The position numbers and the translations under genes were made by a program. Positions 54,678 to 63,802 of a stretch of DNA of 64,000 nucleotides are shown piece after piece (position 1 is the first letter of the stretch; each line of letters opens with the position of its first letter). Source of the stretch: Candidatus Peregrinibacteria bacterium (lineage in GTDB: Bacteria; Patescibacteriota; Gracilibacteria; UBA1369); the NCBI GenBank assembly GCA_963708185.1, contig OY970195.1:1088001-1152000 (forward strand), read 5' to 3'. The notes beneath the pieces are model-generated. The model was given only the letters and a program-made list of their open reading frames with translations, was not told the DNA's origin and ran no database searches.

Positions 54678-56291
54678 ATGAAAAACAAACACCTCAAAAT
54701 ATTTCTTCAAGATGAAAACGGCAGTTTTTTCAAACAGCCACGCGTTGTTTTTCAAAACGGAGCTGAAAAACCACAGGAGAACGAGAATAAAGCCCCCGAA
54801 CAGAAAAAAGAAGTTTCACAGCTTGGCTATGATTTTGCCCTCAGTGATGCAAGAAAAGCCATTGCTCCTTATCTGGAAACGAAAATAGAGAATGCAAACA
54901 TCAATGTCGCCGCCCTGAAAGCAAAGGCGGATCTTGATGCACTGGATGTTCGCGTCGACGTTCTTGATAAGGCGGCAAAAGAGGCCAACCTCCAGAAAAT
55001 GCGATCGATCATGGAACGATTTTCCGCTTTCCCCATCGTCAAAGAAAAACAGCAAAAGGCCGTCAAACTCCGAGAGGATCTGATAAAAGATTCCGAAGCA
55101 AAAGCGAAAAAAGCCATTGATGATGTAGTGACTCAATTCGCGAACGTCAAAGGATTCGAGATGAGCGGCGCCCTGAAAACCGACCTTGATGATTACGAAC
55201 AGTCGGTTGAAGGAGGCATGGACATACAGATTGAAGCAACGGCCGGAGAACTCAACACGAACCTGGCGAATCTTGACGGTGCGGGCTTAACCGCCGAAGG
55301 CGCAGCTCTCGACGGAGTCATCAAAAAACTCGACGGAACCGATGTCACACTGAACAAGTACATTGAAAACGCTCTTCGCGATGCCAAGCCGGTAGCGGAA
55401 GGAAAAATCCTTATGGAGATGAGCAAAGGCAAAGACCCTGAAGCCGCCAAACAGTTCATCTCCAAGCAGATCGATGCAAGAATCGCTGCACTTCCCCACA
55501 AAGATGAAATCGACAACGACCGTTCGCGCGGGCAAGAAGCAAAACTGACTCAATTGCGCGATCAGATTCTGGCATCGCTGGATGCTGCAAAAGGTCCGAA
55601 AGACGGCCCGAAAAGATTTACGATCCTGGCGTATTTCCAGGACCAGCTCAACGCCATGGACGTGAAACCAGGCACTCCGGATAATGAGAAACCTTCCCGC
55701 GTCCGGGACGCTTACGGCAAACAGGTTGACCTTGAACTTCAACAGCAAACCGACATTCTGGCCAGGAGAAGGCAGGAATCAGGAACACTGGCCCAGAGAC
55801 TCTTCAACGCCCAGGAACGAGCCAAGAAGGATCCCGACTACAAGGTTGACCCCAAATTGAAAGCTGATGCAGGGAAAGCCTACCTGGCGTTCCGTGAACA
55901 AGAGAAGGCGGTCAAAAAACTGCAGGGCGCGCAGAAAGAGGTCGGTGTTCTTCCACAAGAACCACCGCTGACCAAAGCGCCGGAAATCGGCCCAATCGCC
56001 ACCGCAAAAAGCGTCAAGGATACCATCGACACCTTAAAGTTCAATACCATCGACGGCACCGGAAAAGCCAAAGCCACCATCGACGGCGTTGACGTAACCA
56101 TAACCAAACTCGGACCTCCTTCCTTCAGTACTTCCGTGGATGTTGAAGATAATCCCGATCTCGGCATCACCACCAACATCTCCGGAGACCCTTTTTCCGT
56201 TTCCGAAAGTCTCGCCTGGGCCATCCGCCAGAAAAAAATCACTGACCGAGGCAAAGCCAAGCCCGACGCTTCAGTCGCGGAAAATAAGTAG
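54678..56291 (+). CDS. Orphan helical protein (537 aa) with R-x-V-F leader
   Basis: MKNKHL...FFKQPRVVFQNGAEKP. Confidence 0.83.
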   Translation: MKNKHLKIFLQDENGSFFKQPRVVFQNGAEKPQENENKAPEQKKEVSQLGYDFALSDARKAIAPYLETKIENANINVAALKAKADLDALDVRVDVLDKAAKEANLQKMRSIMERFSAFPIVKEKQQKAVKLREDLIKDSEAKAKKAIDDVVTQFANVKGFEMSGALKTDLDDYEQSVEGGMDIQIEATAGELNTNLANLDGAGLTAEGAALDGVIKKLDGTDVTLNKYIENALRDAKPVAEGKILMEMSKGKDPEAAKQFISKQIDARIAALPHKDEIDNDRSRGQEAKLTQLRDQILASLDAAKGPKDGPKRFTILAYFQDQLNAMDVKPGTPDNEKPSRVRDAYGKQVDLELQQQTDILARRRQESGTLAQRLFNAQERAKKDPDYKVDPKLKADAGKAYLAFREQEKAVKKLQGAQKEVGVLPQEPPLTKAPEIGPIATAKSVKDTIDTLKFNTIDGTGKAKATIDGVDVTITKLGPPSFSTSVDVEDNPDLGITTNISGDPFSVSESLAWAIRQKKITDRGKAKPDASVAENK

Positions 56292-56309
56292 TCATTAACT
56301 TTATACGTC

Positions 56310-56615
56310 ATGACCAAAGAACAGTACCTTGCCAACATCCGGAAATTCGACGTCATCAACAGTCTGAGCAGCGAACTCCGCCAGTCGTATATGAATGCAG
56401 ATCAGGTTACCTTTGAAACCAATTTGCGTATGCTTGAACTTGCGCAGGGCGACGTGAAATCCGCAAAAAAGACCTACCTGACGGCGGTGCATGAGGCCGC
56501 GGCCGTGTATGAGAAAGATGCCCAGACGGCCAGACACGACCTGACGAAGAAAGCGGAAAGCAGGGTCCAGACCTCGGATGAGGCCGCGGCCGAAAAACTT
56601 ATTCAAAATCTTTAA
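56310..56615 (+). CDS. Small helical protein, paralog 4 of 4
   Basis: VINSLS...LELAQ...AEKLIQNL*. Confidence 0.8.
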   Translation: MTKEQYLANIRKFDVINSLSSELRQSYMNADQVTFETNLRMLELAQGDVKSAKKTYLTAVHEAAAVYEKDAQTARHDLTKKAESRVQTSDEAAAEKLIQNL

Positions 56616-56634
56616 AAAACTTATTTTTAAATCT

Positions 56635-57756
56635 ATGAAAAAATTTCTTCATTGTCTGCCGTCGTTCCGTTCTTCATTCTTCCCGAAGCGAGCGGTTTTT
56701 ATGGGCGAAGTTCCTTCCCAGGCAGACCAGCAGGTCGCAAAAGAAGCCATCAAGGCCAAAGCTCCGGAACTTGAAAAAAAAGGCGAAGCTTTCCAGCAGC
56801 AGCTGGATGCCATGAGCGACGAACAGCTGCAGAAACTGAATGTCGACACGGAAGCAAAAAGCGCCAAAGACGATGTGGACAAAACATTCCAGGACATCAT
56901 GAACGATCCCGTCGTGAACCCGAAGCTCGGAGAAGGAAAGTTCTACACTCCCGGTTCTTATGAGACGCATGCTGATATCCAGCCTTTGCGCGAAGCACGC
57001 GACAACGCGAAAAAGGCCATTGAAAAAGCCCAGGAGGACTGCAAGGAAAAACAGAAGGAAATTACCGACGTCCTCGATCTTCAGCGCAACTCCAGGGTCA
57101 ATGTTGAAGAAGGTTTTAAGACCATGGCCTCCAACAAAGCAGAGATGATGAAAATCCTGGACTCCGATCCGGCAAAATTGAAGATGGAAGACATCCAGCA
57201 ACTCGATCAGAAGTTGAAAAGCGTTACCGGCACCAATGAGTTTCTCACCAATACCATTTACGCCAATCTTGACCAGAATCTTCAGAAGGTCGATGAAATG
57301 AAATTCAAGGACTCTCTTGCGAGCGTGAAGTTTGCGCATGATCTCATGCAGACTGACCTGAAATCTTTCGGCGATACTTTCGCCCAAGTGGATAACGCTT
57401 CTCAGATTTACAAATCTGCTTCAGGTTTTGTGGAAGGCATGAAGCTTCGTTCGCAAGCCAATGCCAGCAACGACGCAACGAAGTTCGACCAGTCTAAGGC
57501 CATGCTTGATGCCGCCAAAAAAAGCGCAGACGGATTCCGTACTATCCGCATCGGCGTTCCGGGAGCCGCTCCCGCCGAAGCCGTGGCACGCGTTGGAACG
57601 ACCAGTGTTGAACATTATGAAGGTGGAGGGAAAGTTGTTGTTGAAAGCGAACCTATCCCGGGTGTAAGAACGGGCGTAACGACCGTTGAACAACCAACTC
57701 CGGGCGTACAACCTGTTGCAGTGGAAGAAAAACCCAAAGAAAAACCGGGCGCGTAA
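56635..57756 (+). CDS. Orphan coiled-coil protein (373 aa) with R-x-V-F leader
   Basis: MKKFLH...SFFPKRAVFMGEVP; C-terminal PGV/VE repeats. Confidence 0.83.
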   Translation: MKKFLHCLPSFRSSFFPKRAVFMGEVPSQADQQVAKEAIKAKAPELEKKGEAFQQQLDAMSDEQLQKLNVDTEAKSAKDDVDKTFQDIMNDPVVNPKLGEGKFYTPGSYETHADIQPLREARDNAKKAIEKAQEDCKEKQKEITDVLDLQRNSRVNVEEGFKTMASNKAEMMKILDSDPAKLKMEDIQQLDQKLKSVTGTNEFLTNTIYANLDQNLQKVDEMKFKDSLASVKFAHDLMQTDLKSFGDTFAQVDNASQIYKSASGFVEGMKLRSQANASNDATKFDQSKAMLDAAKKSADGFRTIRIGVPGAAPAEAVARVGTTSVEHYEGGGKVVVESEPIPGVRTGVTTVEQPTPGVQPVAVEEKPKEKPGA

Positions 57757-57784
57757 TCCAAAACATACTCGCAAAAACCTACAA

Positions 57785-57810
57785 AAAAGAGACCCTTCCG
57801 GGTCTCTTTT
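57785..57810. terminator. Bidirectional intrinsic terminator
   Basis: AAAAGAGACCC-TTCC-GGGTCTCTTTT between the orphan array and convergent ftsZ. Confidence 0.88.
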
Positions 57811-57853
57811 GGAATTCTTGTCATGAACGCTTCTCTGCGGCCGGCTCAAGAGC

Positions 57854-59041
57854 CTAGTTCATCTTCTTGCGAATGAAGGCCGGGATGTCGAGTTCGTTTT
57901 CGGTGGATTTGATCGGCTGGCCGGTGCTGTTCGGAGTAGCCGTCACGCTTCCGTTGCCCATGTTCTGCTGGTTGAGCGACATGTGCTGGCGAAGAACGTT
58001 GGGACGTTCACGAGGAGTGTCGTCGAAGCCCGTGGCAACCACGGTGATTTTGACTTCGCCGGTATAGGAATCGTTGATAACTGCACCGAAAATGATGTTT
58101 GCTTCAGGATCAGCGGCCTCGGTAATGATGCGTGCAGCTTCGTCGACCTCGAACATGGAAAGGTCGTTGCCTCCGGTGACGTTGAAGAGTACGCCCTTGG
58201 CGCCGTCGATGGACAGCTCAAGAAGCGGAGATTCAATGGCGGCCTTTGCAGCTTCGATGGCGCGGTTTTCACCGGTGCCGTAGCCGATGCCCATGAGGGC
58301 GGAGCCGGCATTCTCCATGACGGTCTTGACGTCGGCGAAGTCCACGTTGATCATACCGTGAACGGTAATGAGGTCAGCGATGCCCTGGACACCCTGGCGG
58401 AGCACGTCGTCCACAACGGTGAAGGCTTCGGTGATCGGAGTTTTTTTGTCGATAATGGAAAGGATCTTGTCGTTCGGGATGGTAATGAGGGTATCAACCT
58501 TGCTCTTGAGGTTCTCCAATCCGTCGTCAGCCTGCTGGCGGCGGCGGTGACCTTCAAACGAGAACGGTCTGGTGACGACACCGACCGTCAAGATACCCAT
58601 TTCCTTGGCAATTTCCGCTACGACGGGAGCGCCGCCGGTACCGGTTCCTCCACCCATACCGCAGGTAATGAACACCATATCGGCGCCTTCAATAGCCTGG
58701 CGAATCTCCTCAGCATTCTCCTCGGCTGCCTGGCGGCCAACATCCGGATTGCTTCCGGCACCCAATCCGCGGGTGGTTGCTTTTCCTACGTTGATCTTTA
58801 CCGGTGCTTCAGAATGATACAGCGCCTGGGCATCGGTGTTGATGGCAATGAATTCGATACCGCGAAGGTTGGCCTTGATCATCCGATTGATGGCGTTTCC
58901 GCCGCCTCCACCGATACCAATGACTTTAATGGACGCGACCGGATTCATTTCCGGAATGACCTCAAGGGTCTTCTTGCCCATCTGATTTCCTCCTGAAAAC
59001 AGATTGCGCAGGTTATCTTTTTGCTGATGAGGAGTTGCCAT
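57854..59041 (-). CDS. ftsZ: Cell division protein FtsZ
   Basis: [32 protein letters not shown]-terminal LDIPAFIR. Confidence 0.99.
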   Translation of the reverse strand: MATPHQQKDNLRNLFSGGNQMGKKTLEVIPEMNPVASIKVIGIGGGGGNAINRMIKANLRGIEFIAINTDAQALYHSEAPVKINVGKATTRGLGAGSNPDVGRQAAEENAEEIRQAIEGADMVFITCGMGGGTGTGGAPVVAEIAKEMGILTVGVVTRPFSFEGHRRRQQADDGLENLKSKVDTLITIPNDKILSIIDKKTPITEAFTVVDDVLRQGVQGIADLITVHGMINVDFADVKTVMENAGSALMGIGYGTGENRAIEAAKAAIESPLLELSIDGAKGVLFNVTGGNDLSMFEVDEAARIITEAADPEANIIFGAVINDSYTGEVKITVVATGFDDTPRERPNVLRQHMSLNQQNMGNGSVTATPNSTGQPIKSTENELDIPAFIRKKMN

Positions 59042-59133
59042 ATATTGAGGAGTAAAGGGTATTTTTTAAAAGCGGACTATAATTGTTAAACGAATTTTGA
59101 TTTATTGTCAATAAAATATTGTGATTTCGCCTC

Positions 59134-60372
59134 TTAGGGAAAAAGTCCTTTAAACCAGTCTTTCATTCCGCCCATCGTCTTGCGGAAATTCAACCCTTTC
59201 AACGAGAACCCGTAGGTCCTGTTTTCCAGCCTGCTTCCCCAAAGAATAAGGCCAATAGCTGTAGCGTAGGCCGGATCGTCAATCTTGTCCACCACGCCGT
59301 CGAAATTCTGGGGGAAACCGATTTGAACGGGCAGGTTCAACGTTTCACGGGCAAGGTCTATGGTACCTGGCATTTTCACGCTTGCGCCCGTAAGCACGAC
59401 CCCCGCAGGCAACATACCATCACGGTGGATTTTGGCGAGTTCGTCTTTGACCAGAATGAAAATTTCGTGATAGCGGGCTTCGATGATTTCCGCCATCATT
59501 TTCTTGGAAACTTTCTGGGTGTCGATTTTGCTCATCAAAGAGAGGTCGATGACTTCACGTTCGCTCACGTCCGTGGGCAGGCAGGTTCCGTATTCGATCT
59601 TGATCTTTTCGGCGGTATCGATGGAGGTCCGCAACCCGATGGCGATATCGTTCGTGACGTTTTCTCCTCCGACCGGCAATACGGCCGTGTGAAGCGTCGT
59701 TCCTTCTTCAAATACGCACAGCGAGGTTCCTCCCGATCCGATGTCCACCACGACGACGCCGAGCTCTTTCTGGCGCTTGCTCAAGACCGCTTCCGCACTG
59801 GCAAGACAGGAGGGGATGATGTCGTCAATATCCACGCCGGCCTGCAGCACGCATTTTTCGATGTTTTTGACCGCGGGAACCAGGCCGGTAATGATGTGAG
59901 CGTCCACTTCCAGTCGGATACCGGTCATGCCGACCGGATATTTGATGCCTTTCTGTTCATCAACGGTAAAAGACTTCGGAATGATGCGCAGGATGCGGCG
60001 GTTGCCGGGAATGGAAACTGCCTGGGCCGCTTCCAGCACGCGGTCGACGTCATCTTCGGTGATTTCGTTGCCGGCATGGGAAACAGCGATAACGCCTTTG
60101 GAATTGATGGATTCGATGTGGGTTCCACCGATACCAAGGAAAACATGATTGATGGGTTCTCCGGCCATTCTTTCGGCATCTTCGAGCGAAGCTGAGATGC
60201 TGTTGATGGTCTCTTCCACGTCAATAATAGCCCCCTTGCGCATACCCGTGGATGGAGCGATGCCTACACCGATGATGTTTGGGACCTGGGACTTTTCTTC
60301 GAGGGTACCGACGACCGTTCTGATCTTGGAGCTGCCAATGTCGAGACTTGCTATGACTCGTGCTTTTGCCAT
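59134..60372 (-). CDS. ftsA: Cell division protein FtsA
   Basis: LDIGSSKI, PVGMTGIRLE, DIGSGGT, GVVLTG, amphipathic C-terminal helix. Confidence 0.98.
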   Translation of the reverse strand: MAKARVIASLDIGSSKIRTVVGTLEEKSQVPNIIGVGIAPSTGMRKGAIIDVEETINSISASLEDAERMAGEPINHVFLGIGGTHIESINSKGVIAVSHAGNEITEDDVDRVLEAAQAVSIPGNRRILRIIPKSFTVDEQKGIKYPVGMTGIRLEVDAHIITGLVPAVKNIEKCVLQAGVDIDDIIPSCLASAEAVLSKRQKELGVVVVDIGSGGTSLCVFEEGTTLHTAVLPVGGENVTNDIAIGLRTSIDTAEKIKIEYGTCLPTDVSEREVIDLSLMSKIDTQKVSKKMMAEIIEARYHEIFILVKDELAKIHRDGMLPAGVVLTGASVKMPGTIDLARETLNLPVQIGFPQNFDGVVDKIDDPAYATAIGLILWGSRLENRTYGFSLKGLNFRKTMGGMKDWFKGLFP

Positions 60373-60507
60373 TCGTTCAAATTAAAAATTGAGTTGAAAA
60401 TCGCCTTCGGTAAGGCGCCATTGCAAAGAGGAGTTTAGATCAAAATTGATCATTTGACAACAGAATTTATGAGCTAAAAATGGCTTCAGCAAGGGTTACG
60501 GACTCAT

Positions 60508-61416
60508 TTAGAACATACTTTGTTGTGCCTTTTCTTCAGGTTCCACCAGTTCTTTCAGGGTGTCAATCTGCTTGACCAGTGTTTTGAATTCGAGGTCTTC
60601 AAAGAGTTTTTTCACCTTTTCATACGGCGCTTTTGTGAGGTGGCATTCCTCAAGGTGGAGGTCGATCGGGACGTCGGTAACAATGGTGGCAAGCCTCTTG
60701 CTGAGTTCAGCATCGTCTTCTCCTTCCTCAAGTTTTTTGTGTTGTCCGGGCGTCAGCTCATCAAGGTGTTTATAGATATTTTCAAGGTGGTGGTATTTCT
60801 GGAGGAGTTCCACCGCGGTCTTATCGCCGATGCCTCCAACCCCCTTGATGTTGTCGGAGGGATCGCCTTTCAGCGCCTTGTAGTCGACGATCTGATCGGG
60901 GTTCAGCCCGGTTTTTTCTTTCACCTTTGCCGGAGTGTATTCGATCACTTCGGATACTCCTTTGAGCGGCGCAACGACATGCGTTTTGCCCGTCACCAGC
61001 TGGAAGGCGTCGCGGTCTCCGGTCAAAATAAGGGTATGCATTTCAGGGTCGCTTTCCGCCCTGTGGGCGATGGTTCCGATAATATCGTCAGCCTCGTAGC
61101 CGTCGAGCTCGAACATGGGGACGTTGAAGGTTTTCAGCGCTTCTTTGAGCCGCGGAAGCTGAGGATACAGCTCCTCCGGCGGCGCGGCGCGGGTCGCTTT
61201 GTATTCTTTGTACTCTTTGTGGCGGAAGGTCGGGGCGGCACGGTCCCAGGCCACGGCCACGTACTCCGGCTTTTCACGGCGTATAATCTCAATAAACATC
61301 TTCAGAAAGCCATAAATGGCGTTCGTATACTCGCCGGAACCGGTCTTGAAGAGGGGGAGAGCATGGAATGCGCGATGGAAAATGGCGTTTCCGTCAATAA
61401 GAAGCAGTTTTTTCAT
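60508..61416 (-). CDS. Stand-alone 5'-3' exonuclease (PolA N-terminal/FEN-like)
   Basis: LIDGNAIFHRAFHA, TNAIYGF, YKATR, GYEADD, GDRD, GDPSDNIKGVGGIG; stops without a polymerase domain. Confidence 0.93.
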   Translation of the reverse strand: MKKLLLIDGNAIFHRAFHALPLFKTGSGEYTNAIYGFLKMFIEIIRREKPEYVAVAWDRAAPTFRHKEYKEYKATRAAPPEELYPQLPRLKEALKTFNVPMFELDGYEADDIIGTIAHRAESDPEMHTLILTGDRDAFQLVTGKTHVVAPLKGVSEVIEYTPAKVKEKTGLNPDQIVDYKALKGDPSDNIKGVGGIGDKTAVELLQKYHHLENIYKHLDELTPGQHKKLEEGEDDAELSKRLATIVTDVPIDLHLEECHLTKAPYEKVKKLFEDLEFKTLVKQIDTLKELVEPEEKAQQSMF

Positions 61417-61498
61417 ACGGGCGGACAATAGCATTTTCTGCGATTTTTTGCTATAATATTAAGATTTATTTTGTGCACAGCTCTCATAATATTTGCCC

Positions 61499-62203
61499 AT
61501 GGGACGCAGCGATCTGCAAAAACTGTTAGACCTGAAGAAGACCGCCAAGAAGCATTTCTTTGACGAGTGCTGGCCCGACCTCGCTGCGCGCGGTGCCCGG
61601 CAAGCAACCGCCTCGCGGTCGCCCGACCTCGCTGCGCGCGGTGCCCGGCAAGCAACCGCCTCGCGGTCGCCCGACCTCGCTGCGCGCGGTGCCCGGCAAG
61701 CAACCGCCTCGCGGTCGCCCGACCCCAGCGGCAAAGAGCCTCTTTTGATCATTTTCACGACAAAAGAGAAGTCCAACCGCGACCTCGTTTTCAAACTGCT
61801 CGAAGGTGTACTGGTTCTTCCAACGCAAGTCGTGGTGGTGAGCGAGGACCAGCCGGGCGAACTCATGAAACATCACACCGGGAAGATTTTCTGGTTTAAT
61901 CCCGAATCCGGACGCAACGCGCCGAAGCTGGACCAATGGATGCTGGCCGCAGACATGGCCGTCATTTTTGACGAGAAGCAGTCAACGATCAATACGCTCT
62001 TCGATAAAGGCGTCGTGCCGATCGCACACGAAAAATCTCCCCTCCTTGAAAACTATCACCCCAATGAAGAGACCGGAAACAGTTTCACCTACAATGAAAA
62101 AAACCCGTGGGGTGTTTTCGCCGCGCTGGTACGCGCATGCGAAACGTATCACTTTCCATACGACTGGCAGCATATCATCCGGGGCATTCTGAAAGTACGC
62201 TGA
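61499..62203 (+). CDS. Degenerate glycogen-synthase C-terminal-like (GT-B) protein with in-frame repeat insertion
   Basis: LAADM...GVVPI...TGNSFTY...AALVRACETY...W resembles the GlgA C-terminal half. Confidence 0.65.
   Translation: MGRSDLQKLLDLKKTAKKHFFDECWPDLAARGARQATASRSPDLAARGARQATASRSPDLAARGARQATASRSPDPSGKEPLLIIFTTKEKSNRDLVFKLLEGVLVLPTQVVVVSEDQPGELMKHHTGKIFWFNPESGRNAPKLDQWMLAADMAVIFDEKQSTINTLFDKGVVPIAHEKSPLLENYHPNEETGNSFTYNEKNPWGVFAALVRACETYHFPYDWQHIIRGILKVR
61573..61724 (+). repeat. Perfect 48-bp tandem repeat x3 (plus 8 bp)
   Basis: GCCCGACCTCGCTGCGCGCGGTGCCCGGCAAGCAACCGCCTCGCGGTC at 61573, 61621, 61669; partial at 61717. Confidence 0.95.
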
Positions 62204-62204
62204 T

Positions 62205-62570
62205 TTAATCCAACGACTGACTTCCTCCGCTCACGCTGCTTCCGAGGCTGGTGATGTTTTGGACGATGTCGTTGAAGTTGATGTACTTGATGATGTCGAG
62301 ACCGATGATCCTGCCGACGGTTCCGACGATGACCACGGACAGAATGGTAATGATCAAACCGATGATGGCGTAGCGGATAGTGCTGACGGCCTGTTTGATC
62401 TTGTCTTCCTGGCCTCCGGAAAGGATGAAGGAGATACCTCCGATGAAGATGAAGATAACGGAAAGAAGACCGGCAATGATGATGGCGTATGCCAAGCCTT
62501 TGTTTATGATTTCAACAATGTCATAGCGCTGTGCTGCGCCGAGAATGGAGTTTGCGGGAATGGCTGCCAT
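62205..62570 (-). CDS. Pilin-like protein (TrbC/VirB2-like, CPR type)
   Basis: LSVIFIFIGGISFILSGGQEDKIKQAVSTIRYAIIG, homologous to 28323..28721. Confidence 0.82.
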   Translation of the reverse strand: MAAIPANSILGAAQRYDIVEIINKGLAYAIIIAGLLSVIFIFIGGISFILSGGQEDKIKQAVSTIRYAIIGLIITILSVVIVGTVGRIIGLDIIKYINFNDIVQNITSLGSSVSGGSQSLD

Positions 62571-62603
62571 GCTGTTTTGTTTGATTAGGGAATGAGGAAA
62601 TAC

Positions 62604-62894
62604 TTATTCTGTTTTTACTTCTGTTCCATCCGGTTCGACGATTTTCAAGTTTACGCGCGCATTGTTTTTTGAACCGATGACGCGGAGGAGGATACGAAGG
62701 GATTTCGCGGTTTGTCCGTTTTTGCCGATGATCTTCCCCATGTCATCCTTGTTGACCTTGAGAGTAATGAGCACCCCCATTTCGTCTACGTTGCGGGATA
62801 CTTCAACGTCATCAGGATACTGAACGATCTGTTTGACGATATATTCCACAAAATCGCGGTCTGAACCTTGAGAAAAGTCTTTCGTTTCATCCAT
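62604..62894 (-). CDS. khpA: KH-domain RNA-binding protein KhpA
   Basis: DMGKIIGKNGQTAKSLRILL; directly downstream of rpsP. Confidence 0.93.
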   Translation of the reverse strand: MDETKDFSQGSDRDFVEYIVKQIVQYPDDVEVSRNVDEMGVLITLKVNKDDMGKIIGKNGQTAKSLRILLRVIGSKNNARVNLKIVEPDGTEVKTE

Positions 62895-62936
62895 AGTGGT
62901 GGTGGTTTAATTATATTATGAAGAGTAAGACTTTTC

Positions 62937-63344
62937 CTAAGCGGCTGGAGCGCTTTCCGGCGCCGGAGCATCAGCTTTTTCAGCTGGAGCTGCCTTTTCC
63001 GCCGGCGCAGGCGCTGCGGCTTTTTCACCGGCCGGAGCGGCTTCTTTGCCTTCTTCGCCTTTCTTCTTCATGTCCGACTGGCGTTTAGCCACGAATTTGT
63101 CCATGTCGACAAAACCTTTTTTCTTGAGCAATGAAGCCACGCTGCTGGAAGGCTGCGCGCCTTTGCTCATCCAATATTCGATGCGTTCTTTTTTGATTTC
63201 CAACGGCTTTTCAGCTTTTGCCGGCTGATAATGGCCAACGACTTCAATAAATTTCCCTTTCACGGGACGAGCATGTTCTGCAACCACGAGACGGAAAGAT
63301 TCCTGTTTTGCGCGGCCGGTACGGGTGAGTCTGATTCTTAACAC
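62937..63344 (-). CDS. rpsP: 30S ribosomal protein S16 with Ala/Pro/Glu-rich tail
   Basis: LRIRLTRTG...FRLVVAE...GKFIEVVGHY...YWMSKGAQPS; GTG start. Confidence 0.96.
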   Translation of the reverse strand: MLRIRLTRTGRAKQESFRLVVAEHARPVKGKFIEVVGHYQPAKAEKPLEIKKERIEYWMSKGAQPSSSVASLLKKKGFVDMDKFVAKRQSDMKKKGEEGKEAAPAGEKAAAPAPAEKAAPAEKADAPAPESAPAA

Positions 63345-63487
63345 GTTTGTAACGAAGTTATGAAATAATGCGTTTTTTTCGAATGAGGGAGGACTCCGCT
63401 GTCGAAGGTTTTTCTGCAGAACGGAGGGATCGGTTTCAGGCCGATCTTCGTAAAAACGCTTCAAGTTTAGCGCAGGAAAGCGGAATG

Positions 63488-63802
63488 TCAAGCTTCAGGA
63501 AGGCCCTGGCTCATTTCGACCTTGATATTCTGAAGCGTCTTGGAACCGTATTTGTGGTTGATGGCCTCGAGAATCTGATGTTTGCGCATGGCTATTTGTT
63601 GAGCGCAAGCCGAATTCGTCACTCCGACGGTCAGGGTTTTCCCGTCGTAGGATTTGGGAAAGGACTGTTCAGAAGCTTCGGGAGAAAGAAGTGTTTTGGA
63701 AAGACTCCGGAACTCCTGACAGATCTGCACCGCCTTGAATTGACGGGTGAAATTGTATTCCGACGCGGCTTTGTTCAAATATTTCTGAAAAGAATCAAAC
63801 AT
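63488..63802 (-). CDS. DUF721/DciA family protein
   Basis: GKTLTVGVTNSACAQQIAMRKHQILEAIN...LQNIKV. Confidence 0.85.
   Translation of the reverse strand: MFDSFQKYLNKAASEYNFTRQFKAVQICQEFRSLSKTLLSPEASEQSFPKSYDGKTLTVGVTNSACAQQIAMRKHQILEAINHKYGSKTLQNIKVEMSQGLPEA

Noticed and set aside
44746-56615. Small helical proteins as canonical WXG100 substrates or toxin immunity proteins
   Set aside because: No central WxG motif, no recognisable toxin domain in the partners, and three of the four lie upstream of their neighbour rather than downstream.
60508-61416. Truncated polA pseudogene
   Set aside because: The ORF ends cleanly after an intact nuclease domain with no polymerase remnant downstream; stand-alone 5'-3' exonucleases are well known.
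2146-61431. Long antisense or alternative-frame ORFs (e.g. 2146..3375, 17489..18571, 23177..24199, 41453..42544, 57983..58996, 60520..61431)
   Set aside because: They are shadows of well-supported genes on the opposite strand and carry no motifs of their own.
61573-61724. 48-bp repeats as a CRISPR array
   Set aside because: The units are head-to-tail and identical with no unique spacers, lie in frame in a CDS, and no cas genes are present.
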